DNA from: an uncultured bacterium | GTDB lineage: Bacteria > Patescibacteriota > Microgenomatia > Levybacterales > UBA12049 | DNA: 64,000 nt | Direction: 5' to 3' | NCBI GenBank assembly: GCA_963826535.1 | Contig: CAWGXL010000010.1 | Location: forward strand, 298,814-362,813 | Shown: positions 50,178 through 60,994 of the stretch, piece after piece | Position numbering within the stretch: the stretch's first letter is position 1 | Layout: each line of letters opens with the position of its first letter | The notes under the pieces: generated by a model | Database searches by the model: none | What the model was told of the DNA's origin: nothing | Seen by the model: only the letters and a program-made list of their open reading frames with translations | Position numbers and translations under genes: made by a program

Positions 50178-51815
50178 ATGAGCCATGAGAAAGCCGCATA
50201 TGATAAATCAAATGTTATTCAAACTCCTGAAAAACCAATAGATTCTCCCCTAAGGCAATATATCACTTCATTCGGTATAGATCCGATCAAGGAGCTTTTT
50301 CCGCAAGATATTGTAGTCTTTTCTGCAGCAAAAAAACTTGAGAGATTTATCGATGATATAACGATCAAGACAGCCAGAAAACGAGCTCCTGAACAAAAAA
50401 CAATCAAAGTTGAAAGATTGGTGGAGGAACAGATACAGCATACTTCATATATAGAAGGTGAAGAAATTTCAAGAACGCCTGCAGACTCTATGGATGTCGG
50501 GCAAATTCAGAATCCAACTGACTTACCGGAGATTTTACCGGCACAGTGGGTAGAAGCAGAGGTCGCGCCTGACTACTTTGTAAAGAAGCTTTTGGAGAAA
50601 CGATTATTAAAAAGAGTTTGGATTGAAAAAACACGAAAACCTGTAATTTCATTTGAGACCGTACAAAAAAAGAAAATGGTTGAAGAGCCCGCTCCGCCTG
50701 AGGATGAAAAACGGTTTGCCTATGTATTGCTGGATAAATCAGGATCAATGAATCGAGGCGGCAAGCAAATTGCCGGAAAATCGTTAGCTCTTGCTTTTCT
50801 TCGTAAAGGCAAAATAGAGCGGTCTGAGTTGTATTTTCGAGCATTCAATTATATTCCGGAAGAAATGCATGAAGGAAAAACAGATGAAGGATTTAAAAAA
50901 TTGGCTTTAAAAATCCTACGAACAGATAATGACGGTGATACAGATATTCAACTTGCTCTTGAAAAAGCAGTAGAAGATATTAATTCGGGCGGAAAGTTTG
51001 CATATGCAGATATTTTATTAATTACCGACGGGCTTTCCAGACTTGAAAATAATCCTTTAGGTAAGGTAAAACTTCATACCGTCAGATTGGCACAATCGGA
51101 TAAGGACTTATTTGAATCTGAAGAAACTCAATTAAAAAAATTGAAAGCATGGAGTAAAAATTATAAATTGGTAGACCCATCCGAGTTCCAGGACGAACAT
51201 ACAAAACCAGAAGAAGAAAAAGAATTGGAGATTGAAGTACTAAAATCTCTACCTGACCGATTTTCCAAGCCAAAAAGCCTAAGTGAACTAAAAAAACTTA
51301 TGCAATCGAGAGGCCATATCGAGGACGCACTTCAATATGGCCAATCAGTTAAGGGTAGCTCAGCTTTAACTTCAGAACAGTTAATTGATCTTGACGATAT
51401 CATCTCCCAGCTTAATGATTTGAGAGATTCATCCGCAATGCAAAAACATATTGAGGAATACGAGCAACAGCAAAAAATAAAGGAAAGTAATGAAGCCAAG
51501 AAGAAAAGACGATTGGAACGCATACGTAAAAAACAAGAAGCAGAAACAGAACAAATTCTTAAGCAATTAGAGGAATTAACAGAGAAAATCCCCAATGTAG
51601 AAATTCCTTCTGAGCCGGTTAGTCCCCGCTCAAATTCGTCTACAACTGTTCATGAATCACCTGAAGAATTATTAAATAAATTAAAACAATTGACTAACAC
51701 AGAGTCAAGCGTGGATTATCCGGAGGAGACAAAGACTGCATCGAATAACCCAAATCAAAAATCTAATATAATTCAAACAATTGCAAATTGGATCAAAAAG
51801 AGATTTGGAAGATAA
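50178..51815 (+). CDS. VWA-domain protein (ViaA-like) with a C-terminal coiled-coil tail
   Basis: MIDAS VLLDKSGSM, GDTDIQLAL, ILLITDG; directly follows the MoxR ATPase. Confidence 0.85.
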   Translation: MSHEKAAYDKSNVIQTPEKPIDSPLRQYITSFGIDPIKELFPQDIVVFSAAKKLERFIDDITIKTARKRAPEQKTIKVERLVEEQIQHTSYIEGEEISRTPADSMDVGQIQNPTDLPEILPAQWVEAEVAPDYFVKKLLEKRLLKRVWIEKTRKPVISFETVQKKKMVEEPAPPEDEKRFAYVLLDKSGSMNRGGKQIAGKSLALAFLRKGKIERSELYFRAFNYIPEEMHEGKTDEGFKKLALKILRTDNDGDTDIQLALEKAVEDINSGGKFAYADILLITDGLSRLENNPLGKVKLHTVRLAQSDKDLFESEETQLKKLKAWSKNYKLVDPSEFQDEHTKPEEEKELEIEVLKSLPDRFSKPKSLSELKKLMQSRGHIEDALQYGQSVKGSSALTSEQLIDLDDIISQLNDLRDSSAMQKHIEEYEQQQKIKESNEAKKKRRLERIRKKQEAETEQILKQLEELTEKIPNVEIPSEPVSPRSNSSTTVHESPEELLNKLKQLTNTESSVDYPEETKTASNNPNQKSNIIQTIANWIKKRFGR

Positions 51816-51851
51816 TTTTTATCCAAAGTGGAATACAAACCCTATTTTTAC

Positions 51852-52523
51852 CTACTCTTTTATCATATACCCAAACCCTCTAACCGAATGCAGAAGTTGC
51901 TTAGCATAACCTGTATCAACTTTCTTTCTAAGATATCCCATATAAACATCAACAACTCGTGTTTCAACATCTGTTGAGTAGAGCCAGATTCGCGAAAGTA
52001 TCATTTCCCGTGTAAGAATTCTACCTTTATTACTCATTAAGTATTGTAGAAGCTTATATTCCTGAGGTGTAAGCTGGATCAACTTACCAAGTCGTTTTAC
52101 TTCAAGAGTTTTACTATTTAGCTCCAAGTCCGCTATTTTTAGAACCGCATCATTATTACCTTGCTTTCGCAGTCTTGCTTTAATTCTTGCCAGGAATTCA
52201 TCCGCCACAAAAGGTTTAGTGATATAGTCATCTGCGCCAAAATTCAACCCTTTTACAATATCTGTTACCGCGTCCTTAGCTGTAAGGACAATAATTGGCA
52301 GATCTTTATGTTTTTTCCTTACTTCCTGGCAAACCGTCTCTCCGCTCATCGTCGGTAATCCCAAATCCAACACCATGAGATCAGGTACAGTTCTTTGAAA
52401 ATAATCTAGTGCGGCGATCCCGTCACCGGCAGTATGTACAGCATATCCATTATCCAAAAGTAGTTCTTTGAGATATTTTTGCAATCCGCGATCATCCTCA
52501 ACAACAAGAATCGTATAATTCAT
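51852..52523 (-). CDS. OmpR/PhoB family response regulator
   Basis: ILVVEDD, DLMVLDLGLP, LTAK, GADDYITKPF, LTPQEYKLL, VVDVYMGYLRKK, SVRGFGY. Confidence 0.96.
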   Translation of the reverse strand: MNYTILVVEDDRGLQKYLKELLLDNGYAVHTAGDGIAALDYFQRTVPDLMVLDLGLPTMSGETVCQEVRKKHKDLPIIVLTAKDAVTDIVKGLNFGADDYITKPFVADEFLARIKARLRKQGNNDAVLKIADLELNSKTLEVKRLGKLIQLTPQEYKLLQYLMSNKGRILTREMILSRIWLYSTDVETRVVDVYMGYLRKKVDTGYAKQLLHSVRGFGYMIKE

Positions 52524-52597
52524 ATTCGGATAATGGAATTATAGCAAGTGAAAGCAAGTAGAGCAATAGAATAAGTGAATTCTATTGCAAGAATATT

Positions 52598-52679
52598 CTT
52601 ATCCGGCTTTCACAATTCTTACATGATTCTGCTTGTATTTCTTACATGAGCTTGACAGAGCTGTGAATTGTGTTAAACT
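52598..52679 (+). promoter_or_regulatory. Divergent promoter region with TTCTTACATGA direct repeats
   Basis: TTCTTACATGA at 52616 and 52639; TTGACA(52652)-16-TAAACT(52674) with an upstream TG. Confidence 0.65.
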
Positions 52680-52696
52680 TTTGCCATCCTCTATTT

Positions 52697-54196
52697 ATGA
52701 TTTTTTTTCTGCCCAAAAGAAAATTAAAGGTAAAAATTTCCAATTATCTCCATGCAATTTATAAAAAAAGCCGAAAGCGTCCCTTTGAATTCAGCTGGAC
52801 TTATATTACCTGCTCCTTAAGCGTCATTTGCTTACTCCTTATTTTTTCGTATAATCCCGTTACCACTGCACAATTCTTTCTATCATTTATACAACAGACT
52901 CAAAATAAACCTGTCGAAAAAACATTTAGTTTTATTCCCGGATCAGCACCAAATAAATTTGATAATATAGTTTTACAAAACCTAACACTTTTATCCTTCT
53001 ACGATTTACCTTTTAACACTGACGGCTCGCTTAATACAGAAGTAACGGGCTATGAGTCATTCTATAGCGAAAGAGCAAATTTACTTTTTCAATCAGCTAA
53101 AGAAAAAGGCACAAAAGTTCATGCGACTCTCACTCAAACCTATAACGACGACATTTATGAATTTCTCAATAGCCAAAAAGCGCAGGATAAATTATATGAA
53201 CAAGCAGCTCAGGCGGTACGTGACACAAATATTGATGGAATTACAATAAATGTAGAGTTTGCAGGAGACGCAAACTCAGAATACAAAAACAAGTTTAGCA
53301 ATTTTGTTGCCAAATTTACTGAATACATGCACAACAATATTCCTGGTTCAACCGTAGCAATCGCTCTGCCAAGCAATATACAAAAAAACAGTATTTATGA
53401 TATTAAAGAACTAGCCTCAGCTTCTGATTATACCCTGATAATAGCATATGATTTTGCCGTTCCGGAATCCCAAAATACAGGACTCAGGTCCCCTGTTTTT
53501 GGATTTAATAGTGTTGATTATCAAAAAATTCTTGTAAAAGCTACAACCAATTTTCAGGACGTTGTTCCTTTGAATAAACTTGTCATGGAACGTGCGTGGT
53601 ATGGCAATGGCGATAATTACCATCTTTATTCCTCTAATAATACTCCCTTGTATAATGAGACCACAAATACTCTAAATGCAACTTTATCAACCAACACTAT
53701 TGAGAGACTAATCTCGGATGTGCCGCTTGATGCCCAAAGCGCTGCAAGAAAAAATTTGCCTTTTATTCTTAATGCACTAAAAAATGAAAATATACTCAAT
53801 GCCAATGTTCTCGCTTATGCTTTAGCGACAATTCAACACGAAACAGCAAACACATTTGAACCGATAGATGAATATAAAGGACGCAAAAGTGCGCGCAGAC
53901 TTGGCTATGAAGGTGGAACAAACTATTTCGGTCGCGGTTTTATTCAGTTAACACATCTTCGCAATTACGAAAAAATGGGAAATCGGATCGGAATCGGCAA
54001 CAAACTGGTCAAAAACCCAAACCTTGCATCCAGTTCTGACATTGCTGCAAGAATTTTAGCAGCTTACTTTAAAGACTTTGGAATTGCCGAGCTTGCAACA
54101 AATGGTAATTTTATAGACGCGCGTACACTGATAAACCCTGACTACTATGGAGAAATAATCGCCCAAATTGCGTACGTATATCTAAACGCGATATAG
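52697..54196 (+). CDS. Membrane-anchored GH18-like plus GH19/lysozyme-like glycoside hydrolase
   Basis: TM helix near the N-terminus; GH18-like IDGITINVEF..IIAYDF; C-terminal YALATIQHET..FEPIDE..YFGRGFIQLT..NY. Confidence 0.8.
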   Translation: MIFFLPKRKLKVKISNYLHAIYKKSRKRPFEFSWTYITCSLSVICLLLIFSYNPVTTAQFFLSFIQQTQNKPVEKTFSFIPGSAPNKFDNIVLQNLTLLSFYDLPFNTDGSLNTEVTGYESFYSERANLLFQSAKEKGTKVHATLTQTYNDDIYEFLNSQKAQDKLYEQAAQAVRDTNIDGITINVEFAGDANSEYKNKFSNFVAKFTEYMHNNIPGSTVAIALPSNIQKNSIYDIKELASASDYTLIIAYDFAVPESQNTGLRSPVFGFNSVDYQKILVKATTNFQDVVPLNKLVMERAWYGNGDNYHLYSSNNTPLYNETTNTLNATLSTNTIERLISDVPLDAQSAARKNLPFILNALKNENILNANVLAYALATIQHETANTFEPIDEYKGRKSARRLGYEGGTNYFGRGFIQLTHLRNYEKMGNRIGIGNKLVKNPNLASSSDIAARILAAYFKDFGIAELATNGNFIDARTLINPDYYGEIIAQIAYVYLNAI

Positions 54197-54217
54197 TAAA
54201 CAGCTAAATTTAAATAT

Positions 54218-55297
54218 ATGTTAAACAAATATCAGGAATTACCAAAATTCATCAAAGTATTTTTCATGACATTTACTTCAATGTTTCTCATAGTTGCTCT
54301 ACAACATTTAGGGTTCAGATTACCACTATTGCAACATTTTAAAATGCAGATCAATCTGGTAAGTCCTCTACCGGAAAAAAACTATTTTCTGGACACCGTA
54401 CTTCCCCTGCTTGAACAAAAAAAAATGCAATTTGAATTAAAAAATGATACATCTCTTATTCCCCAATCATATGCGGCTGGTGAATTAGATGCCGACACAG
54501 CCAATGCGTATACGGTTATCGATCTAGATACCGGACTGATTTTATTCGAAAAAAATGGTGAGAAAAGGTTTGCTGTTGCTTCATTGACTAAAATTATGAC
54601 TGCTTTAACCGCTCTAGACCTTGCTTCGCCCAATGAAATATTCACTATTGAAAAACGCGCAACAAGAGCTATACCCTCAGTTATTGGCGTAACAGAAGGC
54701 GAAAAATTAACGCTTACTGAATTACTTAACGGCGCACTACTAATGTCAGGCAATGATGCCGCCGAGGCGATTCGGGATGGAATTGATGCAAAATACGGTG
54801 AGCTTGTTTTTATTAGAGCAATGAATGAAAAAGCAAAATTTTTAGGCCTTGTAAATTCCAACTTTAGTAATCCGCAAGGATTCGATTATGGAAATAATCA
54901 CAGCAGTGCGCATGATATGGCTAGACTCACACAATATGCCTTGACCCAATATCCTCTTATAAATAGCATAGTAAAACAGGATTATCTGACAATCCCTTCA
55001 AATGCCAATCACAAAGAATTTGAGATGAAAAACTGGAATGGATTGATTGGAGTTTATCCGGGTGCTCAAGGGGTAAAAATCGGATTTACCGAATCTGCCG
55101 GAAAAACTACAATAGTAGTCGCGAATAGAAACGGGAAAAATATCTTAGTCGTCCTCCTCGGAGCTCCCGGCATTTTAGAAAGAGATCTCTGGGCAGCCCA
55201 ACTTCTCGACCTTGGCTTCCAAAAGTCAATTGGCCTTGAACCGGTAAATATTACCGAAGAACAACTACAAATAAAATACGCAAGCTGGTATAATTAA
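54218..55297 (+). CDS. D-alanyl-D-alanine carboxypeptidase (peptidase S11)
   Basis: ASLTKIMT (SxxK), SGNDA (SxN), NPQG, VKIGFT (KTG variant). Confidence 0.92.
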   Translation: MLNKYQELPKFIKVFFMTFTSMFLIVALQHLGFRLPLLQHFKMQINLVSPLPEKNYFLDTVLPLLEQKKMQFELKNDTSLIPQSYAAGELDADTANAYTVIDLDTGLILFEKNGEKRFAVASLTKIMTALTALDLASPNEIFTIEKRATRAIPSVIGVTEGEKLTLTELLNGALLMSGNDAAEAIRDGIDAKYGELVFIRAMNEKAKFLGLVNSNFSNPQGFDYGNNHSSAHDMARLTQYALTQYPLINSIVKQDYLTIPSNANHKEFEMKNWNGLIGVYPGAQGVKIGFTESAGKTTIVVANRNGKNILVVLLGAPGILERDLWAAQLLDLGFQKSIGLEPVNITEEQLQIKYASWYN

Positions 55298-55306
55298 CTC
55301 CTCTAA

Positions 55307-55864
55307 ATGATTAAACAAAATAAACAAAAAGCCCTCGATAAAATTGCCAGGGAAATTAATAACTGCGAAACCTGTAAACTAGGAAAAAGCGGCAAAGCAG
55401 TTCCGGGTGAAGGTAATCCTGATGCAAACATTATTTTTATAGGAGAGGCGCCTGGTAGAAAAGAAGCCGAGTCAGGACGACCCTTTATCGGCAGATCCGG
55501 ACAATTACTCCGCTCAATGATTAGAGACTTGGGTTTGGATGATGTAAAAGATGTCTTTATCACAAGTCCTGTAAAATATTTACCTGACCGTGGCACTCCG
55601 ACCCCAACTGACATTAAACACGGAAGAATCCATCTCATGCAACAGCTAGAATTAATTAATCCTAAATTAATTGTCCTACTTGGAGGCGTTGCGACACGAG
55701 GTATTCTGGAAGAAATTATACCGGTTAAGAAAATGCATGGACAAATTATTGATCGCAATCAAAAAAAATATTTTATCACCCTCCACCCTGCTGCCGCCCT
55801 TCGCTTCCCTCCCCTTAAAATATTAATAAAAGAGGACTTCATAAAACTGAAAAAATTAGTATAA
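55307..55864 (+). CDS. Uracil-DNA glycosylase family 4
   Basis: CETCKL, VPGEG, IGEAPG..E..GRPFIGRSG, TLHPAAAL. Confidence 0.93.
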   Translation: MIKQNKQKALDKIAREINNCETCKLGKSGKAVPGEGNPDANIIFIGEAPGRKEAESGRPFIGRSGQLLRSMIRDLGLDDVKDVFITSPVKYLPDRGTPTPTDIKHGRIHLMQQLELINPKLIVLLGGVATRGILEEIIPVKKMHGQIIDRNQKKYFITLHPAAALRFPPLKILIKEDFIKLKKLV

Positions 55865-55961
55865 CTAAACCCAATATCTTACCTAATTCTATCCAACTTT
55901 TTACACCTGTTAAGTTACAAACTTTATAGTATACCTATACACAGATTTAAATTTAACAAAA

Positions 55962-57782
55962 GTGAAAAAAACACACGCTCTCTTCAAAAACTCCAATAGA
56001 GAGTTATTCCTTATTCTAATAGTGATATTGGGTTTTGCAATCTTTATTCCGATTTTTACATATATCTTTTTCGCACAAGATCTAAAAGACAAAAACAGTA
56101 TAATGAATAAGAATGACACAGGTGTTATTCTATTTGATAGCCAAAATCATCCCTTTTTTACTTTATATCAGGCTAAATACATAAAATTTATTCCTTTTTC
56201 GCAAATTCCAAAAACTATGCAGTTTGCAGTTATTGCATCGGAAGACAAAGACTTTTATAACCATTCAGGTTTTTCTCTCAAGTCTATTTTAAGAGCTATA
56301 TCCATGAACTTAACAACCAAAGACCAATTATACGGCGGATCCACCATAACACAACAGCTTGTTAAGAATGCGTTATTAAATTCCAATAAAAATATTACCA
56401 GGAAATTACAGGAAGTCGTTCTTGCACTTGAAATAGAAAGAAAATACAGTAAAAGCGAAATCCTGGAAATGTATTTAAATTCAGTATATTTTGGAGAAGG
56501 ATCATTCGGGGTAGAAAATGCCGCAAAATTTTATTTCAATAAAAATACAACAGCACTAAATCTCAACGAGGAAGCTTTTTTGGCAGCTATCCTTCCTTCT
56601 CCTTCTTCGCTCTCACCTTTCAGGGGAAATGTAGTAAATGTAAAAAAACTCAAAAACATAGTTCTAAAAAAAATGTATGAACAAAAATACATTACAAAAT
56701 TACAAATGCACCGGGCAATTAACGAGCCATTGGTGTTCCATACCGGCAACAAAGATATAAATGTAATTGCTCCCCATTTTGCGTTAATGATACGGGATGA
56801 ATTAGTAAAGAATTACGGTGAAGAATTTATTTCTCGCTCAGGTTTCCGGGTAAAAACTACACTAAATCCCGACTGGCAGGAAATAACAGAAAAAGCAGTT
56901 TCCGACCAAGTTACAAATCTGCAAAGAAATAATGTAAGTAACGGTGCGGCCGTAGTATTAGACCCAAGAACCGGTGAAATTAAAGCACTTGTAGGTAGCA
57001 CTAATTGGTACGATGATAAATTCGGAAAAATGAATCTTGCTACTGCCCCCCGCTCCATGGGTTCGTCATTCAAGCCTATTGTATATTCGGCAGCACTTGA
57101 ACTGGGCCTCATAACGCCTGAAACTATTTTGCGTGACGTACCGACAACCTTTGAAGGGGGATATAAGCCGAACAATTATGACAGAAAATTCAGAGGAAAC
57201 GTATCAGTCCGTCGCGCTCTTGCTAATTCCTTAAATGTTCCTTCAGTTGAAGTAATGCAAAGAGTTGGAATTCATAATGCTCTGGAAATGGTTAAAAGAT
57301 TAGGTATAACCTCATTAAAAACCCCGTCTGATTATGGATTGTCTCTTGTTTTAGGTGCAGGAGAAGTAAGTCTTTTGGAAATGACCGGAGTTTACGCGGT
57401 ACTAGCTAATCAAGGAGTAAAAAACACACCTATAACTATTCTAGAGATTTATAACAAACAAGAAAAGAAAATATATACATACGTTCCCGCTCGAAAAAAA
57501 GTATTAAACCCGGAAGTTACCACAATAATCACCTCTATACTTTCAGACAATAAAGCCAGAGCAGAAGTATTTGGCAATCTCTTAACGGTCTCACAATCTG
57601 CGGCAGTCAAAACAGGAACAGCGGAAGATTGGCGCGATTCAATAACAATAGGTTATACTCCTACCCTTTCCATTGGAGTATGGATAGGAAATAATGATAA
57701 TACACCTATGGACGGTATAGCTGGCTCACTTGGAGCTGCTCCTATTTGGAAAACTCTTATTCAAAAACTATCTTCCTCGTAA
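55962..57782 (+). CDS. Class A penicillin-binding protein (PBP1A family)
   Basis: Transglycosylase SEDKDF, GGSTITQQLVKN, RKLQE; transpeptidase GSSFKP, SLN, KTGT. Confidence 0.95.
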   Translation: MKKTHALFKNSNRELFLILIVILGFAIFIPIFTYIFFAQDLKDKNSIMNKNDTGVILFDSQNHPFFTLYQAKYIKFIPFSQIPKTMQFAVIASEDKDFYNHSGFSLKSILRAISMNLTTKDQLYGGSTITQQLVKNALLNSNKNITRKLQEVVLALEIERKYSKSEILEMYLNSVYFGEGSFGVENAAKFYFNKNTTALNLNEEAFLAAILPSPSSLSPFRGNVVNVKKLKNIVLKKMYEQKYITKLQMHRAINEPLVFHTGNKDINVIAPHFALMIRDELVKNYGEEFISRSGFRVKTTLNPDWQEITEKAVSDQVTNLQRNNVSNGAAVVLDPRTGEIKALVGSTNWYDDKFGKMNLATAPRSMGSSFKPIVYSAALELGLITPETILRDVPTTFEGGYKPNNYDRKFRGNVSVRRALANSLNVPSVEVMQRVGIHNALEMVKRLGITSLKTPSDYGLSLVLGAGEVSLLEMTGVYAVLANQGVKNTPITILEIYNKQEKKIYTYVPARKKVLNPEVTTIITSILSDNKARAEVFGNLLTVSQSAAVKTGTAEDWRDSITIGYTPTLSIGVWIGNNDNTPMDGIAGSLGAAPIWKTLIQKLSSS

Positions 57783-59431
<1,649 letters not shown>

Positions 59432-59446
59432 AAAATCACCTACAAG

Positions 59447-59510
59447 CTCATTCTTTATTAACTCTTTCTTACGCTATTCTAATTAATTATACACCAACAA
59501 GCAATACAAT
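59447..59510 (+). promoter_or_regulatory. Regulon-type promoter D (sortase substrate gene)
   Basis: CTTACG(59468), CTAATT(59479); TACAAT at 59505, 37 bp after CTTAC. Confidence 0.58.
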
Positions 59511-59575
59511 TTTATTTATAAGGTCAACAACAATAATTACAAATATACACATCAATGAGAGGAGGTGATAACTAT

Positions 59576-59764
59576 ATGGTTAAAAAAATAGGCTTAGCAA
59601 CAGGAACTTTCGCGCTTGCTGCAATAATGGCAGGAACAGTAGCCTTTGCGCAAACTGCAACACCAACAGCAACTGTAAGCCCAATTCCAACAACTAGTAC
59701 AACAACACTGACACCAACGCCATCTGCTTCAATTCCTAGCGGAGCACCTGCAACTGGTAGATAA
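59576..59764 (+). CDS. Small secreted Thr/Pro-rich protein, putative sortase substrate
   Basis: SD AGGAGGTGA; signal peptide ending VAFA-Q; Thr/Pro-rich body; C-terminal PSGAPATGR; directly upstream of the sortase. Confidence 0.78.
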   Translation: MVKKIGLATGTFALAAIMAGTVAFAQTATPTATVSPIPTTSTTTLTPTPSASIPSGAPATGR

Positions 59765-59791
59765 TGATGCTAAGAAATATATGATGTAAAA

Positions 59792-59833
59792 TAAGAAAGA
59801 TGTGTCCGCCGTTTGGTTGGCGCATCTTTCTTA
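59792..59833 (+). terminator. Strong hairpin between the substrate and sortase genes
   Basis: TAAGAAAGATGTGTC ... GGCGCATCTTTCTTA inverted repeat. Confidence 0.7.
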
Positions 59834-59840
59834 AAAAAGC

Positions 59841-60459
59841 ATGAGAAAATTATTAAGCATTTGTCTAGTTATAATTATTATATTCGGTGGCATTTTACTT
59901 GGAGTTACGATTGCTCAAAAAGCCAAACACAGAGAGATAATTAAAGACAAACCTCAAACCCTCTCAACTCAAACCAAAGTTACACCAACCGCGGTTGCAA
60001 CTTTAACAATATTACCCGAAATACCTAGTCAACTTTCAATCCCATCTATTAATGTAAATGCGGACATAGAGCAGGTCGGTCTTGATGCACAAGGAAAAAT
60101 GGACGTACCCAAAACACATATCACTGTAGGTTGGTACTCATTGGGATTTAGACCGGGGCAGAAAGGGAATGCTGTGCTCGCTGGACATTTAGACCATCCC
60201 AGCGGGTCACCGGCAGTATTTTGGAATTTGCCTAAACTCAAAGCCGGTGACAAAATAATTATCACTGATTCAAATAGAAACTCTTACACATTTTCAGTCA
60301 CACATACGGAAAAATATCCACACGAACCAATTTCCCTTAATCGAGGTTTTTGGCAACTCGGATCAGGCTGGATTGAATCTGATCACTTGTGAAGGCTCCT
60401 GGAATAGCGTAACTGAAAACTATTCTCATAGGACAGTAGTCTATACCAAAATGGATTAA
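59841..60459 (+). CDS. Class F sortase (+1 frameshift near 60325)
   Basis: N-terminal TM helix, LSIPSINV, VGWY..PGQKGNAVLAGHLD; the shifted frame gives LNLITC and NYSHRTVVY (catalytic Cys and Arg). Confidence 0.9.
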
Positions 60460-60630
60460 TTTTTCTATTTTTATTCCCTCTCATTTTAGGTGCGGAGCCA
60501 CGGCAAGCCCGCCTGTTATGACAAGAGCGGAGAGAGTTAGGGTGAAGTTAAATTAAGCATGCTATTGCCTGCCGAAATAATCATTAGGGTTTACACAGCT
60601 CATCATTTTAATATAAAATAAATGTGCCAA

Positions 60631-60993
60631 ATGAATAAAAAAATCCTGATCGCAGAAGACGACGCGGCAATCCTGGAAGTAATAAAAATTATTTTAGAAG
60701 GAGAAGGTTACGCAATTATCTCAACCGATGATAAAGAAACGATCTTCTCACTGATTACGGAGCACAGCCCCGGCTTGATTTTGCTTGATATTTGGCTTTC
60801 CGGGCATGACGGAGGCAAAATAGCAAAAAATCTAAAAACTAAAGAAGAAACACAACACATTCCTGTAATCCTGATTTCTGCCAATAACGAAACTGCCAAA
60901 ATCACCAAAGAATCAGGTGCTGACGATTATCTCCTCAAACCCTTTGATATCGATGATTTATTAAAAATTGTTAAAAAATACCACCAAAATTAA
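60631..60993 (+). CDS. Single-domain response regulator (CheY-like receiver)
   Basis: ILIAEDD, LILLDIWLSGHDG, ILISA, DYLLKPF. Confidence 0.92.
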   Translation: MNKKILIAEDDAAILEVIKIILEGEGYAIISTDDKETIFSLITEHSPGLILLDIWLSGHDGGKIAKNLKTKEETQHIPVILISANNETAKITKESGADDYLLKPFDIDDLLKIVKKYHQN

Positions 60994-60994
60994 C

